Below the pieces are notes generated by a model. That model was not told the origin of the DNA and ran no database searches. It saw nothing but the letters and a program-made list of their open reading frames with translations. A stretch of DNA of 64,000 nucleotides from an uncultured Bacilli bacterium (GTDB lineage Bacteria; Bacillota_I; Bacilli_A; RF39; UBA660), in the NCBI GenBank assembly GCA_944329355.1, contig CALVID010000001.1, forward strand, positions 28,171 to 92,170, given 5' to 3'. The translations under genes were made by a program, and so were the position numbers. This document shows positions 10,418-22,264 of the stretch, one piece after another. Numbering within the stretch: position 1 is the stretch's first letter; each line of letters opens with the position of its first letter.

Positions 10418-11398
10418 TTAAGGTTTTTGTATTAAAAAATTTATTAATTCTTCTGGGTTTTTATGCTCATATATTATTTTTTCCATCAAATTAATTATTG
10501 GCATATCGACATCTTTGTTTTTTACTAGTTCACTGATTGATTTTAAGGTGTATAATCCTTCAATCGTGGTGTTTTTGATGTAATCATCAATTTCTTGTTT
10601 TGAGGCTTTAGAACCAATTAAGTATCCAAAGGAATAATTTCTACTTTTGGGTGATGTAGCAGTTAATAATAAATCTCCAAATCCTGCATATGATAATACA
10701 GTATTACCATCACCACCTAGACCTTTGATTAGTCCTCTGATATCATGAAGTGATTCAGTTATAAGCATGGCTGACGTTGATTCTGGCATATTTAAACCGG
10801 CTAAAATTCCAGAAGCTATAGCTATAATATTTTTAACAGAGCCACATAATTCAGTACCAATAATGTCATGACTTTTTCTTAATTTAAAGTGGTTGTTAGA
10901 TAAAGCTTTAAAAGTTAAATCGATTGTTTTTTTATCTTGACAAGCTAATGTTAGACCAACAGGGAAATTATGGGCTATGTCGATAGCAAATGATGGACCA
11001 GAGATAACAGCAATTTTATCAGTTTTTAATATATTTTTAACGACATCATGAGCAAACAAATTTGTGTTTTGTTCTATTCCTTTAGTTGCAATACATATAG
11101 GTGTATTTTGATAATATTTTTTTACCTTTTTAATACTACTAGATAAAAAAGCGGTTGGTATTGCTTCAACTATTAAGGAAACATCATTTAATGCTTTTTC
11201 TAAGTCAGTGGTAATTTTAATATTATTGTATAAAGTAATGTCGGGAAGTTTAGGAGAAATTCTAATTTCTGTTAGATTTTTAGCTTCATTTTCAAATGGA
11301 GTCCATATAGTTACATTATTTTTATTTTCACTTAATATTTGAGCAAGAGCACAACCATAAGCACCTGCTCCTAAAACAGTTATTTTCACATTTATCAC
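10418..11398 (-). CDS. gpsA: NAD(P)H-dependent glycerol-3-phosphate dehydrogenase
   Basis: 326 aa, Rossmann N-terminus VLGAGAYGCALA, GpsA-type C-terminal domain. Confidence 0.9.
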   Translation of the reverse strand: MINVKITVLGAGAYGCALAQILSENKNNVTIWTPFENEAKNLTEIRISPKLPDITLYNNIKITTDLEKALNDVSLIVEAIPTAFLSSSIKKVKKYYQNTPICIATKGIEQNTNLFAHDVVKNILKTDKIAVISGPSFAIDIAHNFPVGLTLACQDKKTIDLTFKALSNNHFKLRKSHDIIGTELCGSVKNIIAIASGILAGLNMPESTSAMLITESLHDIRGLIKGLGGDGNTVLSYAGFGDLLLTATSPKSRNYSFGYLIGSKASKQEIDDYIKNTTIEGLYTLKSISELVKNKDVDMPIINLMEKIIYEHKNPEELINFLIQKP

Positions 11399-11534
11399 CT
11401 AAATTAATTTTAACATTTATGATAATATAAGTAAATATTTTAAAAATAATATTTACGATAACAAAAAAATTTAAGTTTTACTTATTAGGATATAAATGAT
11501 ATAATTTATATAAAGATAAGGAGGGTGATAGTAT

Positions 11535-11840
11535 ATGAAAGAAACTTTAGAAAATGTAATGCTTATGGGCTTAGGTGCTATGGTGATGACTAGTGAAAGA
11601 GCTAAGGAATTGAAAGAAGAATTATTACAAAAAGGTGAAGAAGCTTATAAGCAAGGTCAGGCTTTGAATGAGGAATTAAAACATAAAATAAATGAAAAAA
11701 TGGTGGACAATATTACAGTTACAGTAGAAAAAGCAAATTTAACAAAAGAGGAGTTGGCAGATAAAATTAATGAACTTAGTGAAGAAGATAGAAAAGAAAT
11801 TTTAAAATTATTAAAGGCTAATAAGAAAAAAGATGCTTAG
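11535..11840 (+). CDS. small coiled-coil (phasin-like) hypothetical protein
   Basis: 101 aa, charged helical sequence; overlaps the ubiB start. Confidence 0.3.
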   Translation: MKETLENVMLMGLGAMVMTSERAKELKEELLQKGEEAYKQGQALNEELKHKINEKMVDNITVTVEKANLTKEELADKINELSEEDRKEILKLLKANKKKDA

Positions 11841-13398
11841 TGGTAAAGAAAGATTGTTTGAACTTGTTCGTATTATTAAAAAATATAATTTGATAAATAA
11901 TGCGACACCAGAAGGTTTACGATTAGCTATTGAAGAGGCTGGACCAACTTTTATAAAGCTCGGTCAAATTTTAGCTTCTCGGGATGATGTAATCCCTAAG
12001 AATTATTGTGATGAGTTATCACATTTAAGAAATCAAGTTAAACCAATGGAATATGAAAAGGTATTGGAAATATTAGATAGAGAATATGAGGAAAAAACTT
12101 CTGAGATTTTTTCTAAGATTGAAAAAATACCTATTGGATCGGCATCAATTGCCGAAGTTCATAAGGCTGTTTTAAAAGATGGTACAGAAGTAGTTATTAA
12201 AATTCAAAGAGAAAATATTTATAATTTGATGGCTATGGATGTTATGCTAATAAAAAAAATTATCAGTTTATTTAAGATCGATAAATTATTTAATTCTGTG
12301 TTTAATTTTAATGATATTATTGATGAGATGTTTGAAACAGCTAAGGAAGAAATGAATTTCTTGATTGAAGCTTCACATACAGAAGAGTTTTATGAAAAAA
12401 ACAAAGAAGTTTTATATATTAGATCGCCTAAGGTATATAGAGAATATACTACCAGCAAATCTTTGGTTATGGAATATTTAGATGGTATTAGTATAAATGA
12501 TTTTAATACTTTGGAAAAATTCGGCTATGATAGAGATGAAATAGGTAAGAAACTAGCAGCTAATTACATTAAGCAAGCTTTGGATGATGGTTATTTTCAT
12601 GCGGATCCACATATTGAAAATTTAAAAATTAAAGATGGGAAGATTGTGTATTTGGATTTTGGCATGATGGGTAAACTTTCTTCTAGAGATAGAGATTTGT
12701 TAAGTCGGTGTATATTGGCTATTTTGAAAGATGATGTAACCGAGGTTTCACATATTTTACTTACTTTTGGTAAAGCTAGAGGCCAGGTTGATCATATGGT
12801 TTTAAAAAATGATATTAGAGCAGTTATTAGGAAAAATAAAACTCAAGATATTATTGATATTGATATTAAAGATTTTATGAATGATTTTTTGAGTATGTTA
12901 TCTAATAATCATATTAGTTTACCTAAAGATGTAACAATGCTTATGAGAGGAATTATTGTATTAGAAGGTGTGCTTAGAACTGTTAGTCCACAAATTAATT
13001 TAATACAAATTTTAAAAACGCATATTCGTCCAAGAAAGTTTTTGGATAATGAAAAAGCAAAGCATTTTGTACAAAAAAGTATAGAGAGTGGAGCTGATTT
13101 AATTTATTTGCCTAATGAAATGCTTTCGTTTTTAAAAGGGGTAAATAGTGGTGAATTAAGATTTAATATAGAACTTAATGATTCTAAACATCAGATGCGT
13201 AATTTGGAACAACTTGTACATTTATGTATGGTTACAATTTTAGATGTGGCATATATTTTAGGAACAAGTTTGATTGTGATGCAAAGTGATGGTGATTTAC
13301 CTTTTATATTTTATGTTTATTTAATATTAGGAGGCATATGTACTATTTGGATTTTTTATAAAATGTTTACAAGTAAAATTAGAAATAGGAGAGGATAA
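11833..13398 (+). CDS. ABC1/UbiB family atypical kinase
   Basis: ABC1 kinase motifs (ASIAEVH, kinase-like core) and a C-terminal TM region. Confidence 0.8.
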   Translation: MLSGKERLFELVRIIKKYNLINNATPEGLRLAIEEAGPTFIKLGQILASRDDVIPKNYCDELSHLRNQVKPMEYEKVLEILDREYEEKTSEIFSKIEKIPIGSASIAEVHKAVLKDGTEVVIKIQRENIYNLMAMDVMLIKKIISLFKIDKLFNSVFNFNDIIDEMFETAKEEMNFLIEASHTEEFYEKNKEVLYIRSPKVYREYTTSKSLVMEYLDGISINDFNTLEKFGYDRDEIGKKLAANYIKQALDDGYFHADPHIENLKIKDGKIVYLDFGMMGKLSSRDRDLLSRCILAILKDDVTEVSHILLTFGKARGQVDHMVLKNDIRAVIRKNKTQDIIDIDIKDFMNDFLSMLSNNHISLPKDVTMLMRGIIVLEGVLRTVSPQINLIQILKTHIRPRKFLDNEKAKHFVQKSIESGADLIYLPNEMLSFLKGVNSGELRFNIELNDSKHQMRNLEQLVHLCMVTILDVAYILGTSLIVMQSDGDLPFIFYVYLILGGICTIWIFYKMFTSKIRNRRG

Positions 13399-13400
13399 TT

Positions 13401-14198
13401 ATGAATGGATATGAACCAAATTTGAAACTTCAGGAAATGGTTAATGGTCCTAAAAAACCAAATAAAAAATTAATATATATTTTGTCTGGTGTAATAACTT
13501 TACTTTTACTTATTATTTTAATTATGGCTTTTAGTGGTACAAAAATAGTAGAAAGAGAAGTGGCTCAAAAAAAGAGTTTGGATGATGTTTCTGTTGAATT
13601 AAAATATTTTATTGACACTAATAAATTGGATTCATTAGATGCTTATGGCTTTGACAATTTAACTAGAGTAGCTATTAGTGATATTTGTTATGGTGTTGAT
13701 AATTGTAAATCTATTAGTGCGGAAGCTGTAGAAGAATATATTGCGAATGTATTTGATAAAAAGGTAACATTTTCTGATGTTAGCTGTGAGGTTGGAGATG
13801 GAACACTTTACAGTTATGATAGTGTAAATAAAAAATTTGTATTTACAGGAAATCACAATCATGAAGCTATAGGTACTAAGGCTTTATATACTAAAATAAA
13901 TACTATTAAAAGAAAAAATGATAAGTATGAACTTGTTTTAAACAAACTTTATTTCAATCCTACTAGAAGTGAATATATTACAACTGATCCTTTGGGCATT
14001 AATAGAGTTTATAATTCTAAAGAGTATATGCATACAACTGAAGATGGTGAAGATGTTGACTTGACTAAATTATCAGCTAATTATGAAAATAATTTTGACG
14101 AATTAAAGAATGTAGGTACTAGATATAAATATACTTTTGCTATAAAAGATGGTCATTATATTTTAGAAAATTATGAAGTTATAAATGATGATGAGTAA
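13401..14198 (+). CDS. hypothetical membrane-anchored protein
   Basis: 265 aa, single N-terminal TM, no recognisable domain. Confidence 0.35.
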   Translation: MNGYEPNLKLQEMVNGPKKPNKKLIYILSGVITLLLLIILIMAFSGTKIVEREVAQKKSLDDVSVELKYFIDTNKLDSLDAYGFDNLTRVAISDICYGVDNCKSISAEAVEEYIANVFDKKVTFSDVSCEVGDGTLYSYDSVNKKFVFTGNHNHEAIGTKALYTKINTIKRKNDKYELVLNKLYFNPTRSEYITTDPLGINRVYNSKEYMHTTEDGEDVDLTKLSANYENNFDELKNVGTRYKYTFAIKDGHYILENYEVINDDE

Positions 14199-14246
14199 AC
14201 TGTTAATAAGGTTTACTTTTTTTTGTAAAAAAGTGTTAAAAAAGTA

Positions 14247-14275
14247 TTGATTTTCATATATTTTTAGTGTATATT
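14247..14275 (+). promoter_or_regulatory. sigma-A-type promoter of the S10 operon (TTGATT-N17-TATATT)
   Basis: -35 at 14247-14252, 17-nt spacer, -10 at 14270-14275. Followed by a ~125-nt relatively GC-rich leader (14283-14409) before rpsJ, consistent with an autoregulatory S10 leader. Confidence 0.5.
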
Positions 14276-14409
14276 ATTGAATGTGTGACGTGCTTAGATG
14301 TGTGAGGTTGCCGATACACCAGGTTAAGTTGTAAAACAATTTAATCCTTAAATCGGGTTTTTACACGGAGCAAGTCTATACTAGATATAGGCGAGAGGAG
14401 GATACAATA

Positions 14410-14715
14410 ATGTCAAAGAAGGTTCGTATTAAATTAAAATCTTTTGAACACAAGAATTTGGATACTGCTTGCGGTAAAATTGTCGACACAGTTAAAAGAA
14501 CTGGCGGCGAAGTTAGTGGACCTGTACCACTTCCAACTGAAGTTGAAAAGATTACAATTTTAAGAGCTGTTCACAAAGATAAAGATTCACGTGAACAATT
14601 TGAAAAAAGAACACATAAAAGACTTATTGATATCAATAATCCAAGCAAGGAGACTATTGATGCTTTATCGCATTTAGATATTCCAAGCGGTGTTGATATT
14701 CAAATTAAATTATAA
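14410..14715 (+). CDS. rpsJ: 30S ribosomal protein S10
   Basis: Sequence and position. Confidence 0.95.
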   Translation: MSKKVRIKLKSFEHKNLDTACGKIVDTVKRTGGEVSGPVPLPTEVEKITILRAVHKDKDSREQFEKRTHKRLIDINNPSKETIDALSHLDIPSGVDIQIKL

Positions 14716-14730
14716 TAGGAGGATGAAAAT

Positions 14731-15450
14731 ATGAAAGGAATCTTAGGTCGTAAAATCGGAATGACTCAAGTTTTTGATCAAGATGGTAAATTAACTCCAG
14801 TTACTGTAGTTGAGGTTACACCTAATGTAGTAACACAAGTTAAAACTATGGAAAACGACGGTTATGAAGCTATTCAACTTGCATTCGACGATAAAAGAGA
14901 AAAATTAGCGACAAAAGCTTCTACTGGTATTACTAGTAAAGCTAATACGACACCTAAGCGCTTCTTTAAAGAAATCAGAGGTGTAGACATCAATAATTAT
15001 AACCTTGGTGATGAGGTTAAAGCTGACATTTTTGAAGTTGGTGAGATGGTTGATGTAACTGGAACTACTAAAGGTAAAGGGTTCCAAGGAAATATAAAAA
15101 AATATAATCAAAGTAGAGGACCTATGGGTCATGGTTCTAAATACCATAGAGGTGTAGGTTCACTTGGTACAATGCTTCCAAAACGTGTATTTAAAGGTAG
15201 AGGACTTCCAAGTCACATGGGAGTTAATACTGTAACTATTCAAAATCTAGAAATCGTAGATGTTGATTTAGAAAATAACGCTATTTTAGTTAAAGGAAAT
15301 ATTCCTGGACCTAAAAAAGGCTTAGTTATGATTAGAAGTGCAGTTAAAAATATGGGTAAAGTAAATAAGCGCGCAGAACTTGTTAGTTATGTTAAGGAAG
15401 AAGTTAAACCTGGCGAACAAGCAGAAAATACAGAAAGTGCTGAAGCATAG
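14731..15450 (+). CDS. rplC: 50S ribosomal protein L3 (with C-terminal acidic extension)
   Basis: Sequence and S10-operon order. Confidence 0.95.
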   Translation: MKGILGRKIGMTQVFDQDGKLTPVTVVEVTPNVVTQVKTMENDGYEAIQLAFDDKREKLATKASTGITSKANTTPKRFFKEIRGVDINNYNLGDEVKADIFEVGEMVDVTGTTKGKGFQGNIKKYNQSRGPMGHGSKYHRGVGSLGTMLPKRVFKGRGLPSHMGVNTVTIQNLEIVDVDLENNAILVKGNIPGPKKGLVMIRSAVKNMGKVNKRAELVSYVKEEVKPGEQAENTESAEA

Positions 15451-15461
15451 GAGGTATTTTT

Positions 15462-16085
15462 ATGAAAAAAAGTCATGTAATTAATGTTAAAGGCGAAAAA
15501 GTTAGCGACATTACTTTAAATAAAAATGTTTTTGGTATTGAACCTAACGACGCTGTTTTATATGATGCTATTACTTTAGCTCAAGCTTCTAGAAGACAAG
15601 GAACTGCTGATACAAAGACACGTTCAGAAGTAAGCGGTGGCGGAAGAAAGCCATGGAGACAAAAAGGTACTGGTAGAGCTAGACAAGGAAGTACTAGAGC
15701 CCCACATTGGTATCATGGTGGTGTAGTATTTGGACCACATCCAAGAACTTACGGTAAGAAAATGAACCGTAAAGAAAGAGTTTTAGCTTTAAAATCAGCT
15801 TTATCTTATAAAGTGGCTAATGATGAATTAATTATTTTAGATAGTTTAGAAGTTAAAACTCCAAAAACTAAAGATATGATTAAATTATTAAATGATATTA
15901 AAGCTCCTAGCAAAACTTTAATCGTTGTAGATGAGCTTACTGATAATTTAATTTTAGCTACTCGTAATATTCCTAAAGTGGAATTGTTAGAAGCTAATGA
16001 AATTAATGTTTTGGATATTATAGGTGCGGATGGACTTGTAATAACTAAAAAAGCATTAGAAATGATAGAGGAGGCGTATAAATAA
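15462..16085 (+). CDS. rplD: 50S ribosomal protein L4
   Basis: Sequence and order. Confidence 0.95.
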   Translation: MKKSHVINVKGEKVSDITLNKNVFGIEPNDAVLYDAITLAQASRRQGTADTKTRSEVSGGGRKPWRQKGTGRARQGSTRAPHWYHGGVVFGPHPRTYGKKMNRKERVLALKSALSYKVANDELIILDSLEVKTPKTKDMIKLLNDIKAPSKTLIVVDELTDNLILATRNIPKVELLEANEINVLDIIGADGLVITKKALEMIEEAYK

Positions 16086-16360
16086 TGGAAAATTATAGAG
16101 ACATTATAAAAGCTCCAATTATCACTGAAAAATCTAGTGATTTAGCTAAGAACAACACTTATGTATTTAGTGTTGATACTAAAGCTAATAAAATTCAAAT
16201 AAAACAAGCTATTGAAAAGATTTTTAATGTTAAAGTAGAAAGTGTTAATACAATTAATACTTATGCAAAAAGAAAAAGAGTTGGACGTTATTTTGGTAGA
16301 GCCAACAAAGTTAAAAAAGCAATTGTTAAGTTAAAAGAAGGAAATTCAATTGAATTTTAA
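16085..16360 (+). CDS. rplW: 50S ribosomal protein L23
   Basis: Sequence and order. Confidence 0.95.
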   Translation: MENYRDIIKAPIITEKSSDLAKNNTYVFSVDTKANKIQIKQAIEKIFNVKVESVNTINTYAKRKRVGRYFGRANKVKKAIVKLKEGNSIEF

Positions 16361-16371
16361 GGAGGACGAAT

Positions 16372-17202
16372 ATGGCAATTAAATCATATAGACCAACGAC
16401 TAATGGTAGACGTGGTATGACAACTTTAGTAAATGATGAAATTACTAAAACAACTCCAGAAAAATCATTAGTTGTAACAATGAAAAAATCAGGTGGTCGT
16501 AATAATCAAGGTCAAATTACCGTAAGACATCACGGTGGTGGAGCTAAGAGAAAATATAGAATCATTGATTTTAAAAGAAATAAGGATGGTATTCAAGGAA
16601 CTGTTGCTTCAATCGAATACGATCCAAATAGAAGTGCTAACATTGCTTTAATTAATTATGCTGATGGAGAAAAGAGATATATTATTGCTCCAAAAGGTTT
16701 AAAAGTTGGAATGAAGATTGAAAGTGGAGAAGGTGCTGACATCAAAGTTGGCAACAATTTACCACTTGCTAACATTCCAGAAGGTACTTTAGTTCACAAT
16801 GTTGAATTAAAGCCTGGTAAAGGTGGCCAAATGGCTAGAAGTGCAGGTTCTAGTGTACAAATTTTAGGCCGTGAAGGAAATTATACATTACTTCGTTTAA
16901 CTAGTGGCGAAGTTAGAAAAGTTTTAAGTGTCTGCCGTGCGACTATCGGTGAAGTTGGTAACGAAGATTATAGTTTAGTAAATTATGGTAAAGCTGGAAG
17001 AAAAAGACATATGGGAATTAGACCTACAGTTCGTGGTTCTGTTATGAACCCTAACGATCACCCACATGGTGGTGGTGAAGGTAGAGCTCCTGTTGGACGT
17101 AAACACCCAGTTACACCTTGGGGTAAACCAGCACTTGGCTTTAAGACACGTAATAATAAGAAAGCTTCAAGCAAACTAATTGTTCGCTCAAGAAAAAAAT
17201 AA
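16372..17202 (+). CDS. rplB: 50S ribosomal protein L2
   Basis: Sequence and order. Confidence 0.95.
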   Translation: MAIKSYRPTTNGRRGMTTLVNDEITKTTPEKSLVVTMKKSGGRNNQGQITVRHHGGGAKRKYRIIDFKRNKDGIQGTVASIEYDPNRSANIALINYADGEKRYIIAPKGLKVGMKIESGEGADIKVGNNLPLANIPEGTLVHNVELKPGKGGQMARSAGSSVQILGREGNYTLLRLTSGEVRKVLSVCRATIGEVGNEDYSLVNYGKAGRKRHMGIRPTVRGSVMNPNDHPHGGGEGRAPVGRKHPVTPWGKPALGFKTRNNKKASSKLIVRSRKK

Positions 17203-17219
17203 GAAAGGATGATTTATAA

Positions 17220-17492
17220 ATGGCAAGAAGTACAAAGAAAAAACCTTTTGTTGACGATTATTTAATGAAAAAGGTTGAAAAAATAAATGAATCTGGTAAA
17301 AAAGAGGTAATTAAAACTTGGTCTCGCCGTTCTACAATTTATCCTGTATTTATTGGACACACATTTGCTGTGCATAATGGTAAAGAATTCATTCCAGTTT
17401 ATGTAACAGAAGATATGGTTGGACATAAATTAGGAGAATTTGCCTTAACACGTAAATTTGGTGGCCACGGCGACGATAAGAAAAAGAAATAA
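17220..17492 (+). CDS. rpsS: 30S ribosomal protein S19
   Basis: Sequence and order. Confidence 0.95.
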   Translation: MARSTKKKPFVDDYLMKKVEKINESGKKEVIKTWSRRSTIYPVFIGHTFAVHNGKEFIPVYVTEDMVGHKLGEFALTRKFGGHGDDKKKK

Positions 17493-17511
17493 ACCGGAAA
17501 GGATGGTATAA

Positions 17512-17847
17512 ATGGAAGCTAAAGCAATTGCTAAAGAAATTAGAATTTCACCTAGAAAAATGCGTTTATCTATCGATTTAATTCGTGGAAAAGACGCTAA
17601 AGAAGCAGATATTATTTTAGCTAATTTAAATAAAGAAGCTGCAAGAGTAATTCGTAAGGTTTTAAAATCTGCTGTATCTAATGCGGTAAATAATTTAGAA
17701 CTTAACGAAGATAATCTTTATGTAAGTGAAGCTTATGTTAATGAGGGCAGAACTCTTAAAAGAGGCCGAGCTGGTGCCAAAGGTAGCCCTAAACCAATAT
17801 TAAAAAGATCAAGCCACGTTACAGTGGTTGTGAGTGAGAAAAATTAA
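17512..17847 (+). CDS. rplV: 50S ribosomal protein L22
   Basis: Sequence and order. Confidence 0.95.
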   Translation: MEAKAIAKEIRISPRKMRLSIDLIRGKDAKEADIILANLNKEAARVIRKVLKSAVSNAVNNLELNEDNLYVSEAYVNEGRTLKRGRAGAKGSPKPILKRSSHVTVVVSEKN

Positions 17848-17864
17848 GCAAAGGAGGGTAATGC

Positions 17865-18575
17865 ATGGGTCAAAAAGTTAGTCCAGTCGGACTTAGAATT
17901 GGTATAAACAAAACTTGGGAATCTAAGTGGTATGCTGGAAATCAAGATTTTGCTAAATACTTAAACAATGACTATAAAATTCGTGAATGCTTAGAGAAAA
18001 AATTAAAAGACGCCGCTGTTTCAAGTATTCTTATTGAAAGAAATAGTGAAAAGACCGAAGTTATTATCAATACTGCCAAACCTGGTGTAGTAATTGGTCA
18101 TGGCGGAGATGAAATAGAAAAATTAAGAAAAGAGTTAAATAAATTAACTGGTGAAGAGATTCATATTTCTATTAAAGAAATTAAGAATCCAAATTTAGAT
18201 GCGGCTTTAGTTGCAGAAAATATTGCCCATCAAATTGAAAACCGTGTTTCTTATAAAATTGCTCAAAAGAAAGCAATTAGAAACGTTATGAAATCAGGAG
18301 CTAAAGGTATTAAAACTTTAGTGTCTGGTAGATTGAACGGTGCTGAAATTGCTAGAGGAGAAGGTTATACTGAAGGTAAGGTGCCTCGTCATACTTTAAG
18401 AGCTGATATCGATTATGCTTTAAAAGAAGCTGATACTATTTATGGTAAGATTGGTGTTAAAGTATGGATTTACAAAGGTGAAATCCTTGGAGATGGAAAA
18501 AACGAAGAAAAAGTTAGACCTTCTAGAAGAAATAAGGGAGGTGTAAAGGATGGCAGTAATTCCAAAGAGAACTAA
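17865..18575 (+). CDS. rpsC: 30S ribosomal protein S3
   Basis: KH domain, sequence and order. Confidence 0.95.
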   Translation: MGQKVSPVGLRIGINKTWESKWYAGNQDFAKYLNNDYKIRECLEKKLKDAAVSSILIERNSEKTEVIINTAKPGVVIGHGGDEIEKLRKELNKLTGEEIHISIKEIKNPNLDAALVAENIAHQIENRVSYKIAQKKAIRNVMKSGAKGIKTLVSGRLNGAEIARGEGYTEGKVPRHTLRADIDYALKEADTIYGKIGVKVWIYKGEILGDGKNEEKVRPSRRNKGGVKDGSNSKEN

Positions 18576-18981
18576 GTATCGTCGTCCTCACCGTTTATCT
18601 TATGAAGGAAATGCTAGAGGAAATAAAAAAGTTTCATTTGGTGAATATGGTCTTCAAGCTTTAGAAGGAGCTTGGATTACTCAACAACAAATCGAAGCTG
18701 CCCGTGTAGCGATGACTCGTTACATGAAACGTGGTGGTAAAGTATGGATTAATATTTTCCCACATTTATCTTTGACTGCCAAAGGTATTGGTATGCGTCA
18801 AGGTAAAGGTAAAGGTACACCTGAAAAATGGGTTGCCGTTGTTAAAAAAGGAAAAGTTATGTTCGAAATTGCTGATGTTAGTGAGGAAGTTGCTAGAGAA
18901 GCGTTTAGACTTGCTATGCACAAATTGCCAATCAAATGTAAGTTTGTAAAGAAAGAAAGTGGTGAGGCAAATGAAAATTAA
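18550..18981 (+). CDS. rplP: 50S ribosomal protein L16
   Basis: ..[11 protein letters not shown].. N-terminus; overlaps the rpsC end. Confidence 0.9.
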   Translation: MAVIPKRTKYRRPHRLSYEGNARGNKKVSFGEYGLQALEGAWITQQQIEAARVAMTRYMKRGGKVWINIFPHLSLTAKGIGMRQGKGKGTPEKWVAVVKKGKVMFEIADVSEEVAREAFRLAMHKLPIKCKFVKKESGEANEN

Positions 18982-19165
18982 TGAACTAAGAGAATTAAGT
19001 AACGAAGATTTAAAGAAAAAAATCGACGAAACTAAAGCTGAACTTTTTAATTTACGTTTTAGCCAAGCTACTGGTAGTCTTGAAAAACCAGCTAGAATTA
19101 ATGAGTTAAGAAAGGCTGTTGCGAGAATGAAGACTATTCTTCGCGAACGTGAATTACAAGACTAG
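18971..19165 (+). CDS. rpmC: 50S ribosomal protein L29
   Basis: [10 protein letters not shown]...; ATG at 18971 preceded by a GGTGAGG RBS. Confidence 0.9.
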   Translation: MKINELRELSNEDLKKKIDETKAELFNLRFSQATGSLEKPARINELRKAVARMKTILRERELQD

Positions 19166-19174
19166 GAGGTTTTT

Positions 19175-19432
19175 ATGGAAAATAAAAAAAGAGAATTAAT
19201 TGGTAAAGTTGTAAGTGTTAAAAATGATAAAACTATTACTGTATTGGTAGAAACTTACATTATGGATAAAAAATATGGTAAAAGAGCTATGTACTCTAAA
19301 AAATATGCTGCTCATGATGAGAAAAATGAAGCTAAGGTTGGCGACAAAGTTAGAATTGCTGAAACTAGACCTTTATCTAAAACTAAACATTATCGTTTAG
19401 TGGAAATTGTAGAGAAAGCAGTTATTTTATAA
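19175..19432 (+). CDS. rpsQ: 30S ribosomal protein S17
   Basis: Sequence and order. Confidence 0.95.
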   Translation: MENKKRELIGKVVSVKNDKTITVLVETYIMDKKYGKRAMYSKKYAAHDEKNEAKVGDKVRIAETRPLSKTKHYRLVEIVEKAVIL

Positions 19433-19445
19433 GGGAGGTATTTAA

Positions 19446-19814
19446 ATGATTCAACAGGAAACTCGTTTAAAAGTTGCAGACAATTCTGGAGCTAGAGAGC
19501 TTTTAGTTATTAGAGTGCTTGGCGGAAGTAAAGTTAAAACAGGCAATATCGGAGATATAGTAGTTGGAACTGTAAAAAAAGCAACACCTAATGGAACAGT
19601 GCCAGAAGGTAAAGTTGTAAAAGCTGTTATTGTTAGAACAAAACGTGGAGTTCGTAGAGAAGATGGTTCTTATATTAAATTTGATGATAATGCATGCATT
19701 TTAATCAAGGATGATAAGACACCAGTTGGAACTCGTGTGTTTGGACCAGTAGCTCGTGAAATAAGAGATGCAGGATTTATGAAGATCGTTTCACTTGCTA
19801 AGGAAGTATTATAG
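19446..19814 (+). CDS. rplN: 50S ribosomal protein L14
   Basis: Sequence and order. Confidence 0.95.
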   Translation: MIQQETRLKVADNSGARELLVIRVLGGSKVKTGNIGDIVVGTVKKATPNGTVPEGKVVKAVIVRTKRGVRREDGSYIKFDDNACILIKDDKTPVGTRVFGPVAREIRDAGFMKIVSLAKEVL

Positions 19815-19835
19815 GAATCGTTTGGAGGAATTAAT

Positions 19836-20144
19836 ATGAAAATAAAACAAGGAGATAAAGTAGTTGTCATTGCTGGAAAAGACAAAGGCAAAGAAGGAAA
19901 AGTTATTCAAACTTTGAAGGCCCAAGATAAAGTCATCGTTGAAGGCGTTAATATTGTTAAAAAACATATTAAACCAAACGGTGGACAAGATGGCAGAATT
20001 GCCGAGGTTGAAGCACCATTACATGTTTCAAATGTAATGATTGTGGATCCTAAAACAAAAAAGGGAACTAAAGTAGGATACACTACTGATAAAAAAGGTA
20101 AAAAAATAAGAGTGTCAAGAAAATCAAATGAAAAACTTGACTAA
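19836..20144 (+). CDS. rplX: 50S ribosomal protein L24
   Basis: KOW motif, sequence and order. Confidence 0.95.
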   Translation: MKIKQGDKVVVIAGKDKGKEGKVIQTLKAQDKVIVEGVNIVKKHIKPNGGQDGRIAEVEAPLHVSNVMIVDPKTKKGTKVGYTTDKKGKKIRVSRKSNEKLD

Positions 20145-20163
20145 ACCTGAAAGGAGGGTATTT

Positions 20164-20703
20164 ATGAACCGCCTACAAAAAAAGTACAATGAAGAAATCG
20201 TACCTAGTTTAAGAGAAAAGTATAATTATAAAAGTGTAATGGCAATACCTAAATTAGAAAAAATAGTTGTTAATATGGGTGTTGGTGATGCAACTAGTAA
20301 TAGTAAATTATTAGATGCAGCAGTGGCTGATTTAAAGGCAATTACAGGTCAACAACCTATTGTTACAAAAGCTAAAAAAGCTGTCGCAAACTTTAAAGTA
20401 CGTGAAGGTCAAGGTATTGGCTGTAAGGTTACTTTAAGAGGCGATAATATGTATAACTTCTTAGATAAACTAATTAGTATTACATTACCTCGTGTTCGTG
20501 ACTTTAGAGGGATTAGTCCAAAATCATTTGATGGTAGAGGAAACTACACTCTAGGTTTAACAGAACAATTAATTTTCTCAGAAATAGATTATGATAAAGT
20601 TGTTAAAGTACGCGGAATGGATATTGTGTTTGTTACAACAGCACATACCAATGAGGAAGCTTTAGACTTATTAAAAGGTTTCGGTATGCCTTTTAGAAAA
20701 TAA
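20164..20703 (+). CDS. rplE: 50S ribosomal protein L5
   Basis: [14 protein letters not shown]...; ATG at 20164 after a GAAAGGAGGG RBS. Confidence 0.9.
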   Translation: MNRLQKKYNEEIVPSLREKYNYKSVMAIPKLEKIVVNMGVGDATSNSKLLDAAVADLKAITGQQPIVTKAKKAVANFKVREGQGIGCKVTLRGDNMYNFLDKLISITLPRVRDFRGISPKSFDGRGNYTLGLTEQLIFSEIDYDKVVKVRGMDIVFVTTAHTNEEALDLLKGFGMPFRK

Positions 20704-20719
20704 TGATTAGGAGGAAATT

Positions 20720-20905
20720 ATGGCTAAAAAAAGTATGATTGTAAAAGCTAATCGCGAGCCTAAATTTAAAGTACGTAAATATACTAGATGTAAAATTTGT
20801 GGTAGACCACATTCAGTACTTAAGAAATATGGAATTTGCCGTATTTGTTTTAGGGAATTAGCTTATAAAGGACAAATACCTGGAATTACAAAATCAAGTT
20901 GGTAA
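20720..20905 (+). CDS. rpsZ: 30S ribosomal protein S14 type Z (zinc-binding)
   Basis: 61 aa with CxxC...CxxC. Confidence 0.9.
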   Translation: MAKKSMIVKANREPKFKVRKYTRCKICGRPHSVLKKYGICRICFRELAYKGQIPGITKSSW

Positions 20906-20921
20906 GAAGGGAGGATTAAAT

Positions 20922-21320
20922 ATGGTAGTATCAGATCCAATTGCTGATATGCTTACGAGAATCCGTAATGCAAATCAATTAAGATATAAAGAAGTAACAA
21001 TGCCATCTTCAAAGATGAAAGAAGAGATTGCTAGAATCTTAAAAGAAGAAGGATATATTGTTAATTATAAAGTTATGAAAAAAGATGTTCAAAATGAATT
21101 AGTTTTGACTTTAAAATACGGAGCTAAAAAACAAAGAGTTATTACTGGTCTTAAAAGAATTTCTAAGCCAGGACTTAGAGTTTATGCTCATGCAGATGAA
21201 ATACCAAGTGTTTTAAATGGACTAGGTATCGCTATTGTTTCAACTAGTGAAGGTGTAATGACAGGTAGAGATGCTAAGAAGAAATCACTAGGTGGCGAAG
21301 TGTTAGCTTACGTTTGGTAG
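20922..21320 (+). CDS. rpsH: 30S ribosomal protein S8
   Basis: Sequence and order. Confidence 0.95.
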   Translation: MVVSDPIADMLTRIRNANQLRYKEVTMPSSKMKEEIARILKEEGYIVNYKVMKKDVQNELVLTLKYGAKKQRVITGLKRISKPGLRVYAHADEIPSVLNGLGIAIVSTSEGVMTGRDAKKKSLGGEVLAYVW

Positions 21321-21335
21321 AAAGGAGAAAGTAAT

Positions 21336-21866
21336 ATGAGTCGTATAGGAAACAGAGTACTTTCAATACCTGAAAATGTTACCGTAACTACTGATGGCAA
21401 TGTTGTTACAGTTAAAGGACCTAAAGGTGAACTTTCTACTGAAATTAATAAAAATATTGCTGTTGAAGTAAAAGATAATGAACTTGTAGTTACTAGAAAA
21501 AGTGATGCATATAAAGCATTTCATGGAACAGCAAATGCAAATATTGCTAACATGATTAAAGGTGTAACTGAAGGTTTTGAAAAGAAATTAGAAATAGTTG
21601 GTGTTGGATACCGTTTCAATTTAGCTGGTAATAAGTTAACTATTCAAGCTGGTTATTCACATCCTGTAGTTATGGAAATTCCTGCAGGACTTACTGCAGA
21701 GGTTCCAAGTAATACAGAACTTACTATTAAAGGTGCTGACAAACAATTAGTTGGAGAGTTTGCGGCTAATGTCAGAAAAGTTAGAAAACCTGAGCCATAT
21801 AAAGGTAAAGGTATTCGTTACCAAGATGAGTATATCATCAGAAAAGTTGGTAAGAAAGCTGCTTAA
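21336..21866 (+). CDS. rplF: 50S ribosomal protein L6
   Basis: Sequence and order. Confidence 0.95.
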   Translation: MSRIGNRVLSIPENVTVTTDGNVVTVKGPKGELSTEINKNIAVEVKDNELVVTRKSDAYKAFHGTANANIANMIKGVTEGFEKKLEIVGVGYRFNLAGNKLTIQAGYSHPVVMEIPAGLTAEVPSNTELTIKGADKQLVGEFAANVRKVRKPEPYKGKGIRYQDEYIIRKVGKKAA

Positions 21867-21886
21867 TTAGAAAGGAAGAAGAAATT

Positions 21887-22249
21887 ATGATAAAGAAAGT
21901 TAATCGTAACGAAGTGCGTCAAGCTAGACATGCTAGAGTTAGAAAAACTGTTAGTGGAACTACTGATGTACCTAGATTAAATGTGTTTAGATCAAATAGT
22001 AATATTTTCGCACAAATTATCGACGATACTAAAGGTGTTACTTTAGTTTCTGCTTCTTCAATTGATAAAGATTTGAAACTAGAAAATGGTGGAAATATCG
22101 AAGCAGCTGTTAAAGTCGGAGAATTAATTGCGAAAAGAGCTAAAAAAGCAAAAATTACTAAAGTAGTATTCGATAGAGGTGGATACTTATATCATGGACG
22201 TGTTAAAGCTTTAGCAGAAGCTGCACGTGAGAATGGTTTAGAATTCTAA
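21887..22249 (+). CDS. rplR: 50S ribosomal protein L18
   Basis: Sequence and order. Confidence 0.95.
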   Translation: MIKKVNRNEVRQARHARVRKTVSGTTDVPRLNVFRSNSNIFAQIIDDTKGVTLVSASSIDKDLKLENGGNIEAAVKVGELIAKRAKKAKITKVVFDRGGYLYHGRVKALAEAARENGLEF

Positions 22250-22264
22250 AAGGAGGGAAATATA

